A stretch of DNA of 64,000 bases from Amphiscolops sp. MND2022 (GCA_964187785.1 OZ076418.1:28644001-28708000); one strand, 5' to 3'. Counted from the stretch's first letter, positions 21,020-35,410 are shown. Made by a program: numbers and translations. The notes: generated by a model not told the origin, from the sequence alone.

Positions 21020-22470
21020 TAAAGGACGCTTTGAATATCGATCCACTTGAAATATCTGCGATCGGTAATAAGTATATAAACTCTTTGAAATTGAACTGTT
21101 GAACTTGTTGAACTTGTTGTATGAAAAAATCGTTTCAATAAGCAAAACTTTAGCCGCTTCAATTCCTACTGTCCTTTCACCACTGAAGGATTAGCTGATA
21201 ATGAGAAGCCTTACTTTTTCTATCTAACTGATTCCCTGGAAACATCTAAAGTTCTATGGAACCTCAAGATCCATAAAGCGACCGGATTAGATGGGCTAAC
21301 TGATGAAATTTTAAAAGTGATTAATGATAAACTGACTTACCTTGTCAACGAAATATTATCAAGTGGTGTTTTCTCGAAGACTAAGAAAGCTGCGAAAATG
21401 GTTCTGATCTTTTTAACCGGGCAAAAGAGCAACTGTGAGAATGTTTGACACATATAAATTTTACCGGTTCCGAGCAAAGTCTTTGAGCGGGTAGTTTTCG
21501 AGAGAATGTATAGATTCACGCAAGAAAACAGTTTTTTCTATGGTCGTCAAATTGGATTCACATCAAAAATGAGTAAACTACATGCACTAACGGTCAAAAC
21601 GGAACTGATTTGGGATAATACACATCTTGATGTATCCTGAATGCTATTAGATCTTAGAAAAAGTTTGGTACAATGTATCATGAAACCTTATTCAAATTGG
21701 AGTGCTATGGTGTTAGAAGTAATTATTTAGAATGGCTCAGGTTTGATCCCAATGACTTTACCCAATGCGTTGCTTTTAATCATCAGTCTCAAATACCATA
21801 ACTGTTGAGTGTGGTGTACCAGAAACATTGATTCTAGAATCGCTATTGTTTCCATAATACGTCATTGATTTTCCAAGCTCTTGTGATGATAATGTATTAT
21901 TCTTGCACGCTGAGGATATTAACTGTGTCTTTATTCGACAGAAAAATGCTACGTAAACACTTCAAGATAACGTTGAGCATTTACCGTCGTGGATGGCAAA
22001 AAACTGAGCCTTCATAATGGAAAGACTGAGCTTGTGGACGTCTTGATATGTCGGGATTGAAAGTGTGAGAATGACAAGTACTACCATATCTCCAACCAAA
22101 TCTCTGAATTATCTGGGTTTTCACCTGGAGAAAAATCTTACCTTCGAAGTCCTTGTTCAAAGTGTACTTGGTAAAACGGCTAAACATGTATCAGTGGTAA
22201 TGCGGTTGAGACATATTGGTAAAATTTCAATAGTGGTCAGATATTATAACATTTACTTGAAGCCTATCATCCAATACGGTCTTTTGCTATAAGGTTGCAC
22301 GAGAAAAAGTGAATTGAATGACACACTTTTGCTGCAAAAGAAAGTACTTCGGGTTATCTTTTTCAAAAATCGAAGAGATCCTTAAGATGAACTGTTCGAA
22401 CGAAGCCGTGTATTGAATGTTTATGATCTCTATGTTCGAATTGGTTGTCTTCAAGCAAAAGGGCAACTAC
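21020..22470 (+). pseudogene. Decayed non-LTR retrotransposon (CR1/L2-like LINE) reverse transcriptase
   Basis: KATGLDGL..EILK, ILPVPSKVFERVVFER, LDL.K, decayed GVPQGS.LGPLLF (GVPETLILESLLF), LNYLGFHLEKNLTF, YNIYLKPIIQYG; many stops and frameshifts. Confidence 0.88.
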
Positions 22471-22582
22471 TGAATTGAATTTGTACTTCCCCAAACATTC
22501 GACGTGGATAAAGTTTCTTTCGATGAGTGTTGTTAGTTCTTCTATTGTGTTTACGGAACTCGCCTTGAGTTCATTCTGCTGA

Positions 22583-23093
22583 TGTGATAATCGGCTTCCG
22601 GCCTATTTCCGTCAATCGTGATTGTTTCGTCTAACGCATCATTTGCAAGTGCCAGAGGAGTTGATCGTTGTCTTAGTTCATGTCTGAAAACTGGAAATGA
22701 TCATTTTATCTTTGTCAGTTTGAATATTCGTGTTTTCTCCTAAGAAGTTTGTTTTCTGAGTGAGCAGGACCAGGCCTGTTGTTCTCGGCATCCTCTTCAC
22801 CAGTTGTTAAGTGATTGTTTCTACTTGCTCTGATTTTTTTGAGTATTTCTTCAAATTTGCTGTTTAGTTGCTCTTCAATCGGTGCCATGTTTGGGTTGTT
22901 TCGCTCAGGTTAATCCCTGAGAAATAACTTCTATCTCGTTGCTAGTTTGTGAAGATTCTGTTAGTTCACCACCTAAGTTCCTGTCAAAATTGTTGTTAAC
23001 ATTCTCAGAAACATCAACTGAGAGTCCCATTTTCGTCTTTGTCTGAACACTGAGATCTTACTCTCTTGAGCGTCCGTTTCTTTTGTTTCCCAT
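22583..23093 (-). pseudogene. LTR-encoded Gag leader (MGNKRNGRS...EADYH), element L copy 1
   Basis: ATG at 23093; peptide blocks ELTESSQTSNEIEVISQ, EEQLNSKFEEILKKI and TITIDGNRPEADYH are similar to the element R leader. Confidence 0.65.
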
Positions 23094-24129
23094 GGTGAAA
23101 ACAGTGTTAGGCGCGAAAATCTTCATATTTCAAAGAACTAGGGTGAAATGAACTTATACATTTTTCACAAAAAGGAAAAATGTAAAAAATAAACACTGCG
23201 AGGTTGTTTGGCAAATTAGGAGTGACTGTCTTGTACGAGTGCTTTTTGTTCTTTTGTTGAATGATTGTGGGGGAAACTGATTTTAAAAGTCTCATCTCAA
23301 AGGATTTCAGTGAGCATTTATGTACCATGACCATCAAGTTTTCTCAAATCATCATAACGTCAGGGTTTTGGGGTTAGATGTTAAAAATAAATCATAACAT
23401 CACATTCCCAGAAAATCTAAACATAAGCGCCGTAGAAGCGGTGGATTACCGCGGAATAATTTGCAAATTACTCAGTCCGTTGTTATAGATCCGCATATAC
23501 TGCTTCGTGAAAACCGAATAATTTAGCTTAACACACTAGCTATGTCGCCCTGGTGTCCAATATGCTGTTTTCCAAACTAAAAATGATGCTGTCTCAATGA
23601 AATTTCTACATCTGCTAATTTACTCATGATACTGCATTTACCGTATTATCAACAAAACCGCATTTGCTGTTTTGACAATAATACCGCATTTGCTGTTATA
23701 GCCGCATATGCTGCTTCATACAAACTGCATAATACAGTACAAATTGCAAGCACAGGTACGTACAGTTTCAAGATGCTGCTTTCCAAGGAAATCATCATTT
23801 TCAAACATTTTCCGCTAATGATTTTGTACTTGTCCTATTACTGTAAGAAACTCTGTAAATGCATAGAAAACGGTCTCACTTCGTGAAATTGCTTGATAAA
23901 ACAAGACTTTGGATCAAGTCAAAAAAAATTGTCACCATTTGACTAATTTATTTATTCAACGCGCTCTTTTTCTTCATTTTGAGAACAACATCAGCAAAAT
24001 TATCATCAAAGTAGAAACAAAGAAAACATCAACAATTACAGACCGACAGTATCAAAAATTTTATCCAAATGAAGACAACGTAAATATCGACCTACAGAAC
24101 AATCAATTGAAACAAACATACAAGTTCAT

Positions 24130-25171
24130 AAAGAAGTTTGATTGTTTCTGATGTTTGGATGTGGTAGGTAGTTTTTGTTTGTCTTTGGACTTTCTTAGAT
24201 CAGGTGCAGGATGTTGATCTGGTAAGCTATGCTGCCCGCCGGACATGTCGCAAGGATACCATGGCGACAGTTCAGCATTTCTGATACAGTTCAATGCCGA
24301 ACCAAATCAGTCCACAAGTGCTCTTGATTGCACGATTCTGTCCCTGGTGCTTTTTTCGAGATATTCCGACCATGGAATGTAGTGTGTGAGGGTCATTGCA
24401 GAGATCAGATCATATGTTTTGGAACAACCAGGACAGTACCCTGCAACTTTCGGCCTTACCGGGGGTGCATTTGTAGTACAGACCTTTCAGTGCCCCTCAT
24501 GCTGAATCTGGGTTTGTACGCTGAAGCTTTGTTGTTCATATTGTACGTTGTTCCAATTTTTGGGATAATTTGGAATAGGCCTTAGCAAGTAATGTGCTTG
24601 CATGACTGGAAGTCCGGTCATCTCTGGGACTCTTTGCGGATCAGGGATTACCACTCAGAAAGCACTCCTAATACTAGGTATAATAGGGGGATTCACAGCT
24701 GTCCTTGTTACTGGGGTGTTTTGATGACAGGGGCACCTTTTGGACGGGACGTCCGTAACTGTTTCCATCAGCTTGTTCCACGTTCTCGAAGTTTGCACCA
24801 AAAAATGGATCGTCTTCTTCATCTGATGATTCAATGAAGGTCAGAGTTGAGATGTTAGCAATGTTGTCCATGAGTTTCATTCAGTCTATTTGGATGATTG
24901 AACCTCTAGTATCAATGTGCTGCTCTCTCTCGTCAGTCCCTGCCTCACCGTTGTTTGAGAATGAAATTGCTTCTGTTGCCTCCATGGAAGCGGTTAGGGC
25001 AAACGGGACTACTCTGAATCTATTTTCCAGTTGTGCCATTGTGAAGGGTTCCACTGCAAACTCCTCTCCCGAGCTGCTGGAGAATGTAATTAAATCCATG
25101 GCGGGGCTTGTCGTCAAAGGTTCTTTCCCATTGACCGATTCGGTGTTCAGAGGTGTATTTTCCGTCTTCAC
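24130..25171 (-). pseudogene. Accessory ORF-A (sense to gag-pol), element L copy 1
   Basis: Peptides QLENRFRVVP, NSYGRPVQKVP, LRPIPI, KVAGYCPGCSK, RAIKS and RNAELS..PCD match ORF-A of element R. Confidence 0.7.
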
Positions 25172-25905
25172 TGTTGTATTTTATTGAGGTTTGAGAAGAA
25201 TAGTGAGAAAACCACAACATAACTTTGGCAATTAAACTTACAAATGAATTGCAATCAAGAAACAAACAACTGTTCTACAGAATTGTTTGGTCAGAGTGAT
25301 GATAATTTTTTTTATTTTTTATAGAACTATGGAGTTTTCTTATAAATTACTTCAAAAAATAATTTGAAACACCCGTGTTCCCGGTTACTCGGGCAAATCA
25401 TCGTAGGATCTAAGGGAGGAAACGCCGCTAAAATTTTTAATTCCATATAAACAAACATCAGAACTATGACTTTTCTTTTAAAGATCTTTCATAATTCGAT
25501 TTTTGACTTTCCGTAATTCACCAGACTAAGTTCTTTCCTCATAATCAAATACTTTGCAGGTCATTCAGGTTTATATGGTAATAGTTTTCACACTTTATTG
25601 CTCATTTCTCTTAAAGTGTGAATATTCATTCGTATAATAATCATTGTGTAGTAACTTATACGGAAGTAACAATTGAGGTGTACATCGTATACTCCTCACT
25701 GAAAACATCACTACACGTCAAATTCTCACTAATTAGCAACATTAAAGCATATTGCTATTTCCATTAATTTCCTAAAAATATAATTATGTAGATTTATAGA
25801 GTTTCCGCATATTGCGCAGGTTGAATAGTATTGCATTATCTTGTGCAAATTTTACAAAGACAAAGCCTGTCCATATAAGGAATACGCCTTTATAGCCTAG
25901 TCATA

Positions 25906-25990
25906 CTGGCAGATCTTTCCAAACCCTTGCACATCCTTCAACCAATCAGAATACAGATAGGTCGCAAACGCCGCAAAACTGACGTCAGCT
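25906..25990. promoter_or_regulatory. Promoter-like segment (CCAATCAGA, TGACGTCA) between divergent ORF-A and ORF-B, element L (duplicate at 31598-31680)
   Basis: CTGGCAGA near 25906, CCAATCAGA at 25942, CRE palindrome at 25980-25987; the same motif set occurs at the equivalent position in element R. Confidence 0.5.
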
Positions 25991-26824
25991 TTTTGCTTTA
26001 TTGCCTTTCTGTTAATCGGCACACCTTCATCATTGCTTAATAATATACAACCAGATTTTGTCTCAAGTCCATAAAGTTTCCATTGAAATCGTCGTCTTTT
26101 CTTTCGCTTCTTTGCCGTATTTTTCAATACACATTCATAGCATTTTTCATTCTTCGCAGTTAGCATCGTTCTTCTAGTTCCTTTCGATCATTTTAATTCT
26201 GCTTCCTCTGCAGTTTCTGTTAGCTAGCTGACTATTTTCTCACCTTCGAACGGTGTGGTTTTACCCTGCTCTCCTGTATTATGCACTTCAACTTCGTGTT
26301 CTACCACTCGGAAGGGAAAAGATGTCAGAACAAAACGAGGAGATTGAGCCTTCCACACAAAGTTTGTAATGATGTTTCCGGCCATTTGAAATTGGTATAA
26401 AACGTTTCGATCTTTGACTTCGTATCCTTTTTCATAGGTTCTTTTTTGAAATTCCCGTTCCGACCGATGAACAATCTCTGATTTCACAGCAGCTTTTCAC
26501 AGCCCCATTTTTGGATTCCCTGCTCCAACTTGTGAACAGAATTTCTGGAGTACTCTAGGTTTCAAAGTGTGAATCGATCAGGTTCGCACAAATTTTGATC
26601 CGTTAACTTCCGTTTCAAACTGATTTCCGTTTTCTCTATTCCTTTGTGTTTCAGTTCCTCTCGATCTCCATATTTCGACGCAAACACAATCTTCCTCCTC
26701 CTTTAGAGCAATAACACTGCCTATTTTTTCGACAATCCCCGTGATCACTCTACTCCACCGTGATCCATGAAGGTCATGGTACACACGTTGACACATACGG
26801 GATCAAAAATTCCATAAAAAAAGT

Positions 26825-27342
26825 ATGAGTCTCGATCAAATCGCATCTTCTCCTATCGGATTTGCAAGTTTTCTGGCTCCAACAACCAATATTGCGGCCT
26901 CTCATGAGGTACCAGCAGGAGGAATATCAACAGAATACGATTCCAACAATCGAGAAAAAATTAAAACACCGTCGTTCACGTGGATTTAGATGTATCCAGC
27001 AACACTGACCGCTTCATCGACATTCTTCATGAGACTCCTTCTGATGGACTTACTGCTCAACCAATACAATGTGGATCTTCCGACTTGGTTCTGGAAAAAT
27101 TCCAAACTTCTTTTGCGTCACCGCCAACACAAACTCTAACTAATTCTGATTATGTTACAAATTCATACCTCATGGAACTGGAGCATAGATTGAACGTATT
27201 CATAATTGGGGCCACTACCACCATTGGTTCTCGCTTGTTAGAACAGCCACCTGCTAGTCCAATAAATAGCACTAGACCTAGGACTGCTTTCAACCGTGCC
27301 CAGTTGAGACGACCCGAGGCCACCAGTCTTAACCTCTACCAC
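26825..27342 (+). pseudogene. 5' part of accessory ORF-B, truncated at the duplication junction
   Basis: Copy of 32518-33034. Confidence 0.6.
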
Positions 27343-27355
27343 TTAACCTCTACCT

Positions 27356-28170
27356 TTTGGTACAATGTATCATGAAACCTTATTCAAATTGGAGTGCTAT
27401 GGTGTTAGAGGTAATTATTTAGAATGGTTCAGGTTTGATCCCAATGACTTTACCCAATGCGTTGCTTTTAATCATCAGTCTCAAATACCATAACTGTTGA
27501 GTGTGGTGTACCAGAAGCATTGATTCTAGAATCGCTATTGTTTCCATAATACGTCATTGATTTTCCATTTCCAAGCTCTTGTGATGATAATGTATTATTC
27601 TTGCACGCTGAGGATATTAACTGTGTCTTTATTCGACAGAAAAATGCTACGTCAACACTTCAAGATAACGTTGAGCATTTACCGTCGTGAATGGCAAAAA
27701 AACTGAGCCTTCATATTGGAAAGACTGAGCTTGTGGACGTCTTGATCTGTCGGATTGAAAGTGTGAGAATGACAAGTACTACCATATCTCCAACCAAATC
27801 TCTGAATTATCTGGGTGTTCACCTGGAGAAAAATCTGACCTTCGAAGCCCTTGTTCAAAGTGTACTTAGTAAAACGACTTAACATGTATCAGTGGTAATG
27901 CGGTTGAGACATTTTGGTAAAATTTCAATAGTGGTCAGATATTATAACATTTACTTGAAGCCTATCATCCAAAACGGTCTTTTGGTATAAGGTTGCACGA
28001 GGAAAAGTGAATTGAATGACACACTTTTGCTGCAAAAGAAAGTACTTCGGATTATCTTTTTCAAAAATCGAAGAGATCCTCAAGATGAGCTGTTCGAACG
28101 AAGCCGTGTATTGAATGTTTATTATTTCTATGTTCGAATTGGTTGTCTTCAAGCAAAAGGGCAACTACTG
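27356..28170 (+). pseudogene. Duplicated 3' part of the LINE reverse transcriptase
   Basis: Copy of 21664-22470. Confidence 0.85.
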
Positions 28171-28280
28171 AATTGAATTTGTACTTCCCCAAACATTCGA
28201 CGTGGATAAAGGTTCTTTCGATGAGTGTTGTTAGTTCTTCTATTGTGTTTACGGAACTCGCCTTGAGTTCATTCTGCTGA

Positions 28281-28795
28281 TGTGATAATCGGCTTCCGGC
28301 CTATTTCCGTCAATCGTGATTTTTTCGTCTAACGCATCATTCGCAAGTGCCAGAGGAGTTGATCGTTGTCTTAGTTCGTTCATGTCTGAAAACTGGAAAT
28401 GATCATTTTATCTTTGTCAGTTTGAATATTCGTGTTTTCTCCTAAGAAGTTTGTTTTCTGAGTGAGCAGGACCAGGCCTGTTGTTCTCGGCATCCTCTTC
28501 ACCAGTTGTTAAGTTATTGTTTCTACTTGCTCTGATTTCTTTGAGTGTTTCTTCAAATTTGCTGTTTAGTTGTTCTTCAATCGGTGCCATGTTTGGGTTG
28601 TTTCGCTCAGGTTAATCCCTGAGAAATAACTTCTATCTCGTTGCTAGTTTGTGAAGATTCTGTTAGTTCACTACCTAAGTTCCTGTCAAAATTGTTGTTA
28701 ACATTCTCAGAAACATCAACTGAGAGTCCCATTTTCGTCTTTGTCTGAACACTGAGATCTTACTCTCTGGAGCCTCCGTTTCTTTTGTTTCCCAT
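28281..28795 (-). pseudogene. LTR-encoded Gag leader, element L copy 2
   Basis: Duplicate of 22583-23093. Confidence 0.65.
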
Positions 28796-29829
28796 GGTGA
28801 AAACAGTGTTAGGCGCGAAAATCTTCATTTTTTAAAGAAATAGGGTGAATTGAAATTATACATTTTTCACAAAAAGGAAAAATGTAAAAAATATACACTG
28901 CGAGGTTGTTTGGCAAATTAGGAGTGACTGTCTTGTACGAGTGCTTTTTGTTCTTTTGTTGAATGATTGTGGGGGAAACTGATTTTAAAAGTCTCATCTC
29001 AAAGGATTTCATTGAGCATTTATGTACCATGACCATCAAGTTTTCTCAAATCATCATAACGTCAGGGTTTTGGGGTCAGATGTTAAAAATAAATCATAAC
29101 ATCACATTCTCAGAAGTTCTGAACATAAGCGCTGTAGAAGCGGTGGATTACCGCGGAATAATTGCAAATTACGCAGTCCTTTGTTATAGATCCGCATATA
29201 CTGCTTCGTGAAAATCGAATAATTTAGCTTAACACACTAGCTATGTCGCCCTGGTGTCCAATATGCTGTTTTCCAAACTAAAAATGATGCTGTTTCAATG
29301 AAATTTCTACATCTGCTAATTTACTCATGATACTGCATTTACCGTATTATCAACAATACCGCATTTGTTGTTTTGACATTAATACCGCATTTGCTGTTAT
29401 AGCCGCATATGCTGCTTCATACAAACTGCAGCAGTACAAATTGCAAGCACAGGTACGTACAGTTTCAAGATGCTGCATTCCAAGGGAATCATCATTTTCA
29501 AACATTTTCCGCTAATGATGTTGTACTTGTCCTATTACTGTAAGAAACTCTGTAAATGCATAAAAAACGGTCTCACTTCGTAAATTTGCTTGATAAAACA
29601 AGACTTTGGATCAAGTCAAGAAAAAAATTGTCACCATTTGACTAATTTATTTATTCAACGCGCTCTTTTTCTTCGTCTTAAGATCAACATCAGCAAAATT
29701 ATCATCAAAGTAGAAACAAAGAAAACATCAACAGTTACAGACCGACAGTATCAAAATCTTTATCCAAATGAAGACAACGTAAATATCGACCTACAGAACA
29801 ATCAATTGAAACAAACATACAAGTTCATA

Positions 29830-30865
29830 AAGAAGTTTGATTGTTTCTGATGTTTAGATGTGGTAAGTAGTTTTTGTTTGTCTTTGGACTTTCTTAGATC
29901 AGGTGCAGGATGTTGATCTGGTAAGCTATGCTGCACGCCGACATGTCGCAAGGATACCATGGCGACAGTTCAGCATTTCTGATACAGTTCAATGCCGAAC
30001 CAAATCAGTCCACGAGTGCTCTTGATTGCACGATTCTGCCCCTGGTGCTTTTTTCGAGATATTCCGACCATGGAATGAAGTGTGTGAGGGTCATTGCAGA
30101 GATCAGATCATATGTTTTGGAACAACCAGGACAGTACCCTGCAACTTTCGGCCTTACCGGGGGTGCATTTGTAGTACAGACCTTTCAGTGCCCCTCATGC
30201 TGAATCTGGGTTTGTACGCTGAAGCTTTGTTGTTCATATTGTACGTTGTTCCAATTTTTGGGATAAATTGGAATAGGCCTTAGCAAGTAATGTGCTTGCA
30301 TGACTGGAGGTCCGGTCATCTCTGGGACTCTTTGCGGATCAGGGATTACCACTGAGAAAGCACTCCTATTAGGTATAATAGGGGGATTCACAGCTGTCCT
30401 TGTTACTGGGGCGTTTTGATGACAGGGGCACCTTTTGGACGGGACGTCCGTAACTGTTTCCATCAGCTTGTTCCACGTTCTCCAAGTTTGCACCAAAAAT
30501 GGATCGTCTTCTTCATCTGATGATTCAATGAAGGTCAGAGTTGAGATGTTAGCAATGTTGTCCATGAGTTTCATTCAGTCTATTTGGATGATTGAACCTC
30601 TAGTATCAATGTGCTGCTCTCTGTCGTCAGTCCCTGCCTCACCGTTGTTTGAGAATGAAATTGCTTCTGTTGCCTCCATGGAAGCGGTTAGGGCAAACGG
30701 GACTACTCTGAATCTATTTTCCAGTTGTGCCATTGTGAAGGGTTCCACTGCAAACTCCTCTCCCGAGCTGCTGGAGAAATTAATTAAATCCATGGCGGGG
30801 CTTGTCGTCAAAGGTTCTTTCCCATTGACCGATTCGGTGTTCAGAGGTGTATTTCCCGTCTTCAC
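29830..30865 (-). pseudogene. Accessory ORF-A, element L copy 2
   Basis: Duplicate of copy 1; shares the TGA after IIQID. Confidence 0.7.
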
Positions 30866-32517
30866 TGTTGTATTTTATTGAGTTTTGAGAAGAATAGTGA
30901 GAAAACCACAACAGAACTTTGGCAATTAAACTTACAAATGAATTGCAATTAAGAAACGAACAACTGTTCTACAGAATTTTTTGGTCAGAGTGATGAGAAT
31001 TTTTTTATTTTTATAGAACTATGGAGTTTTTTTATAAATTACTTCAAAAAATAATTTGAAACACCCGTGTTCCCGGTTACTCGGGCAAATCATCGTAGGA
31101 TCTAAGGGAGGAAACGCCGCTAAAAATTTTAATTCCATATAAACAAACATCAGAACTATGACTTTTCTTCTAAAGATCTTTCATAATTCGATTTTTGACT
31201 TTCCGTAATTCACCAGACTAAGTTCTTTCTTCATAATCAAATACCTTGCAGGTCATTCAGGTTTATATGGTAAGAGTTTTCACACTTTAATACTCATTTC
31301 TCTTAAAGTGTGAATATTCATTCGTATAGTAATCATTGTGTAGTAACGTATACGGAAGTAACAATTGAGGTGTACATCGTATACTCCTCACTGAAAACAT
31401 CACTACACGTCAAATTCTCACTAATTAGCAACATTAAAGCATAATGTTATTTCCATTAATTTCCTAAAAATATAATTATGTAGTTTTATAGAGTTTCCGC
31501 ATATTGCGCAGGTTGAATAGTATTGCATTATCTTGTGCAAATTTTACAAAGACAAAGCCTGTCCATATATGGAATACGCCTGTATAGCCTAGTCATACTG
31601 GCAGATCTTTCCAAACCCTTGCACATCCTTCAACCAATCAGAATACAGATAGGTCGCAAACGCCGCAAAACTGACGTCAGCTTTTTGCTTTATTGCCTTT
31701 CTGTTAATCGGCACACCTTCATCGTTCCTTAATTATATACAACCAGATTTTGTCTCAAGTCCATAAAGTTTCTATTGTAATCGTCGTCTTTTCTTTCGCT
31801 TCTTTGCCGTATTTTTCAATACACATTCATAGCATTTTTTATTCTTCGCAGTTAGCATCGTTCTTCTAGTTCCTTTCGATCATTTTAATTCTGCTTCCTC
31901 TGCAGTTTCTGTTAGCTAGCTGACTATTTTCTCACCTTCGATCGGTGTGGTTTTACCCTGCTTTCATGTATCTTGCACTTCAACTTCGTGTTCTACCACT
32001 CGGAAGGGAAAAGATGTCAGAACAAAACGAGGAGATTGAGCCGTCCACACAAAGTTTGTAATGATGTTTAAGGCCATTTGAAATTGGTATAAAACGTTTC
32101 GATATTTGACTTCGTATCCTTTTTCATAGGTTCTTTTTTGAAATTCCCGTTCCAACCGATGAACAATCTCTGATTTCACAGCAGCTTTTCACAGCCCCAT
32201 TTTTGGATTCCCTGCTCCAACTTGTGAACAGAATTTCTGGAGTACTCTAGGTTTCAAAGTGTGAATCGATCAGGTTTGCACAAATTTTGATCCGTTAACT
32301 TCCGTTTCAAACTGATTTCCGTTTTCTCTATTCCTTTGTGTTTCAGTTCCTCTCGATCTCCATATTTCGACGCAAACACAAGCTTCCTCCTCCTTTGGAG
32401 CAATAACACTGCTTATTTTTTCGACAATCCCCGTGATCACTCTACTCCACCGTGATCCATGAAGGTCATGGTACACACGTTGACACATACGGGATCAAAC
32501 ATTCAATAAAAAAAAGT

Positions 32518-34170
32518 ATGAGTATTGATCAAATCGCATCTTCTCCTATCGGATTTGCAATATTTCTGGCTCCAACAACCACTATTGCGGCCTCTCATGA
32601 GGTACCAGCAGGAGGAACATCAACAGAATACGATTCCAACAATCGAGAAAAAATTAAAACACCGTCGTTCACATGGATTTAGATGTATCCAGCAACACTG
32701 ACCGCTTCATCGACATTCTTCATGAGACTCCTTCTGATGGACTGACTGCTCAACCAATACAATGTGGATCTTCCGACTTGGTTCTGGAAAAATTCCAAAC
32801 TTCTCTGCGTCACCACCAACACAAACTCTAACTAATTCTGATTATGTTACAAATTCGTACCTCATGGAACTGGAGCATAGATTGAACGTATTCGTAATTG
32901 GGGCCACTACCACCATTGGTTCTCGCTTGTTAGAACAGCCACCTGCTAGTCCAATAAATAGCACTAGACCTGGGACTGCTTTTAACCGTGCCCAGTTGAG
33001 ACGACCCGAGGCCACCAGTCTTAACCTCTACCACGAGTGCTCAAAGGGAAATGTAAGCGACGATTAGGGAAGCTTTCCAGCAGACCCAGAACGAGTGTAA
33101 CAAGGCCAGTTTAATCGGGTGGGCAAAACTCTATACAAAAGCGGCCTAGGCTTTGGTTGCAATTGTCCGAACAAAGGTTCCGCAAACACCCTGTCAGAAT
33201 CCCCATAAACGGCGATGCAGGGTTTGTCACATTGAATTGTCCTTAGAAACAAAAAGCTCTCTGGAGATTTTATCTCACTGCAGGACAGACCCCCACCTAG
33301 TCCGAGAAAACCGATTCTGTATAGAAACGCCTGTATTACCCTCGTTTGGGCGTGATGACGTGGAACTCGTCCGGATTGCTTTGGACGAAGCGCGGGAGAG
33401 AGCAGAGTTGGAATTCGCTCAGCCTCCCAATTCGGGTCAGTGTTATTTGTTACATAGAGTGCTAGCTCTGGATACTGACGTATTGGATATTGACGTACTG
33501 ACGTTGTCGTATGTTCCCAAATGTGTAGTTTGCTAAATGGACTTCAACATGGTGGAAACTTGAATCTCTTGCACACTCACTGAACGAATTTGGGTCGTGA
33601 AACTAGAGGAGCAACCAGGATGCCTCAATAAGATTGGAATTCGGAACGCATTTTTGTAAGTGTCATTTCATTAAACGTTTCATTCAACCTCCTTATTTTG
33701 TACATAACTATGGCGTTTCGCAGGGTATTCTCGTCTACATGTTCGCGAATTGATGACTTATTCAACTTCTTCAATCAGTCAGTCCGGCCATTGTTCGTTA
33801 TAGCTCAGCACTAACGACAATGTTTCACGAGTAATCGTTGCATTTGGTCCAGCAATGTTCAATATTACCTGTGTCTTGCAGATTTTCCTTACACACTGTT
33901 TATTGCCAAGAAAGCCCTCGAGGCCATCAGTTTCTTCCTCAGTGTTCGACATAAAATACTCCCTGTCTATTCTCTGTTGGGGTTTGACGGCCGATGGCTT
34001 GCAAGGCTCTCGTTGTCGAAATAAATCAGGTTCCTTCGACTTGCATTGTGGCGACGTTTGGTTAGGATGATCTGGATAAAATTCTGGCTGCATCATCACA
34101 GTCTCTACATTTTCCCCTGATAAACCTTCGTACAGCACTTCAATCAACGTGAATCACCAAACTTCCTGAA
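32518..34170 (+). pseudogene. Accessory ORF-B (antisense, spliced; CxxC...H-x5-H zinc finger), element L
   Basis: NPHKRRCRVCHIELSLETKSSLEILSHCRTDPHLVRENR...TP, SQMCSLLNGLQHGGN, DWNSERIF|GTAAGT (donor 33656). Right boundary approximate. Confidence 0.7.
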
Positions 34171-34624
34171 TTACGAAAGGTATGTGTTTGATAGTTTTAC
34201 ATCACTGTTTTCATCTTCATTTTTATAATCATATAGTACTCGCAGTTTTCTGTAGACTGTGCACAGTGTGTATTTTGCTTTTAGGCAGTGATCGGAAAAC
34301 CGCATTGTACAGCATAATTTGTCGAATTCAGCGATATTTTCCGACTTCGCGTCATACTGCCACCCCTCATAATTTCTATTTTTTGCTGTTTTTTTCTGAC
34401 TTTCGTCATGGTGTTTCATGCTGGAAACATCATAAAAACATTCCACGATGCTGTTTCGTTCTGAAATTGCATAAGTGTTTTCATTATGTTGTTTTCTGTT
34501 TAAAACCGCATAACACCATTCTGCCTTTCTCTATTTTAATCATATGTTTCATTTTGGCCCAAAAACCTTGACGAGACAGTGGACAAGGACAAGACTTACG
34601 CTGCTAACATAGTCTTGATCAAAA

Positions 34625-35410
34625 ATGTCTTTCTACAAGGTTAGTTTCTTTCCGTATTCCTTTTCTATGCTTTGTGTCCATGTCCTTTGTTCTCAGTTTT
34701 ATTTTGTTCTGATCGATCCGCTTTCAAGGGAGTAACTGGAGTTTCAACCGAAGGCGTCCGCATCTACAGCGCCTTTGCCACCTTCGCTTACACTCAAATA
34801 CAATCCATCTTTGCCAGACTTTTTTCTTGGGACAGATTTTTATCAATTCGTCACTCTGCTGCATTAGTTCGCCCAACTTATTCACTATCCCACCTGATTT
34901 CGCTGCAACTTTGCCCTCTGAGTTCAATTCGTGTGTCCGGAGCGTGTAATCCTCCTTGGTTGTAGTTCCGAATGTCTCTGGGCTATTTACTAACCCTCGT
35001 ACTGTTACCCCTATTTTCGCCGTATTGGAGAAAGGAAGGACTCTCTTTGATGACGGTTCATTCTTTGTTTGGACGTTACTTCTCCTTGTCCCTTCCAACG
35101 CCGAACTCTCTTGGATAGTATGGATTCACGCTATTCATGTACGGTGACTGATGAAGAAAAACAATGGGCTACCATTCAAACTAGTCCTAAACCCTCTGAA
35201 TCGATTTCAGTCCGGTCGTCTTCGGAATTTGTTTCTGCGTCACCGATCTAATTTGGTCATAGCTCTTCAGGAAAAGCTATTACAAAATCCCCTGTTCTCG
35301 AGACTCCCGTCGTTGCAGTACCCCGTGTTATCTCAGAAACGCCTTTTTTATCTTTTGATAAACCTGATTCCTCCTAGAATCTTACTCTGAAAAAGAAGGC
35401 CTCTGGACAG
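34625..35410 (+). pseudogene. Accessory ORF-C (antisense, adjacent to pol end), element L
   Basis: ATG 34625, 57-nt GT-AG intron 34640-34696, motif FNSCVRSV*SSLVVVPNVSGLFTNPRTVTPIFAVL shared with element R. Confidence 0.6.

Larger units (their letters stand above)
21664..27342. repeat. Tandem segmental duplication, copy 1 (~5.68 kb)
   Basis: Collinear with 27356-33034 with scattered substitutions and small indels. Confidence 0.95.
27356..33034. repeat. Tandem segmental duplication, copy 2
   Basis: Starts TTTGGTACAATG like 21664 and ends TTAACCTCTACCAC like 27342. Confidence 0.95.

Noticed and set aside
25897-26796. Minus-strand 72-89 aa ORFs between the promoter-like segment and ORF-B
   Set aside because: No counterpart in element R; they overlap plus-strand polypyrimidine tracts and leader sequence.
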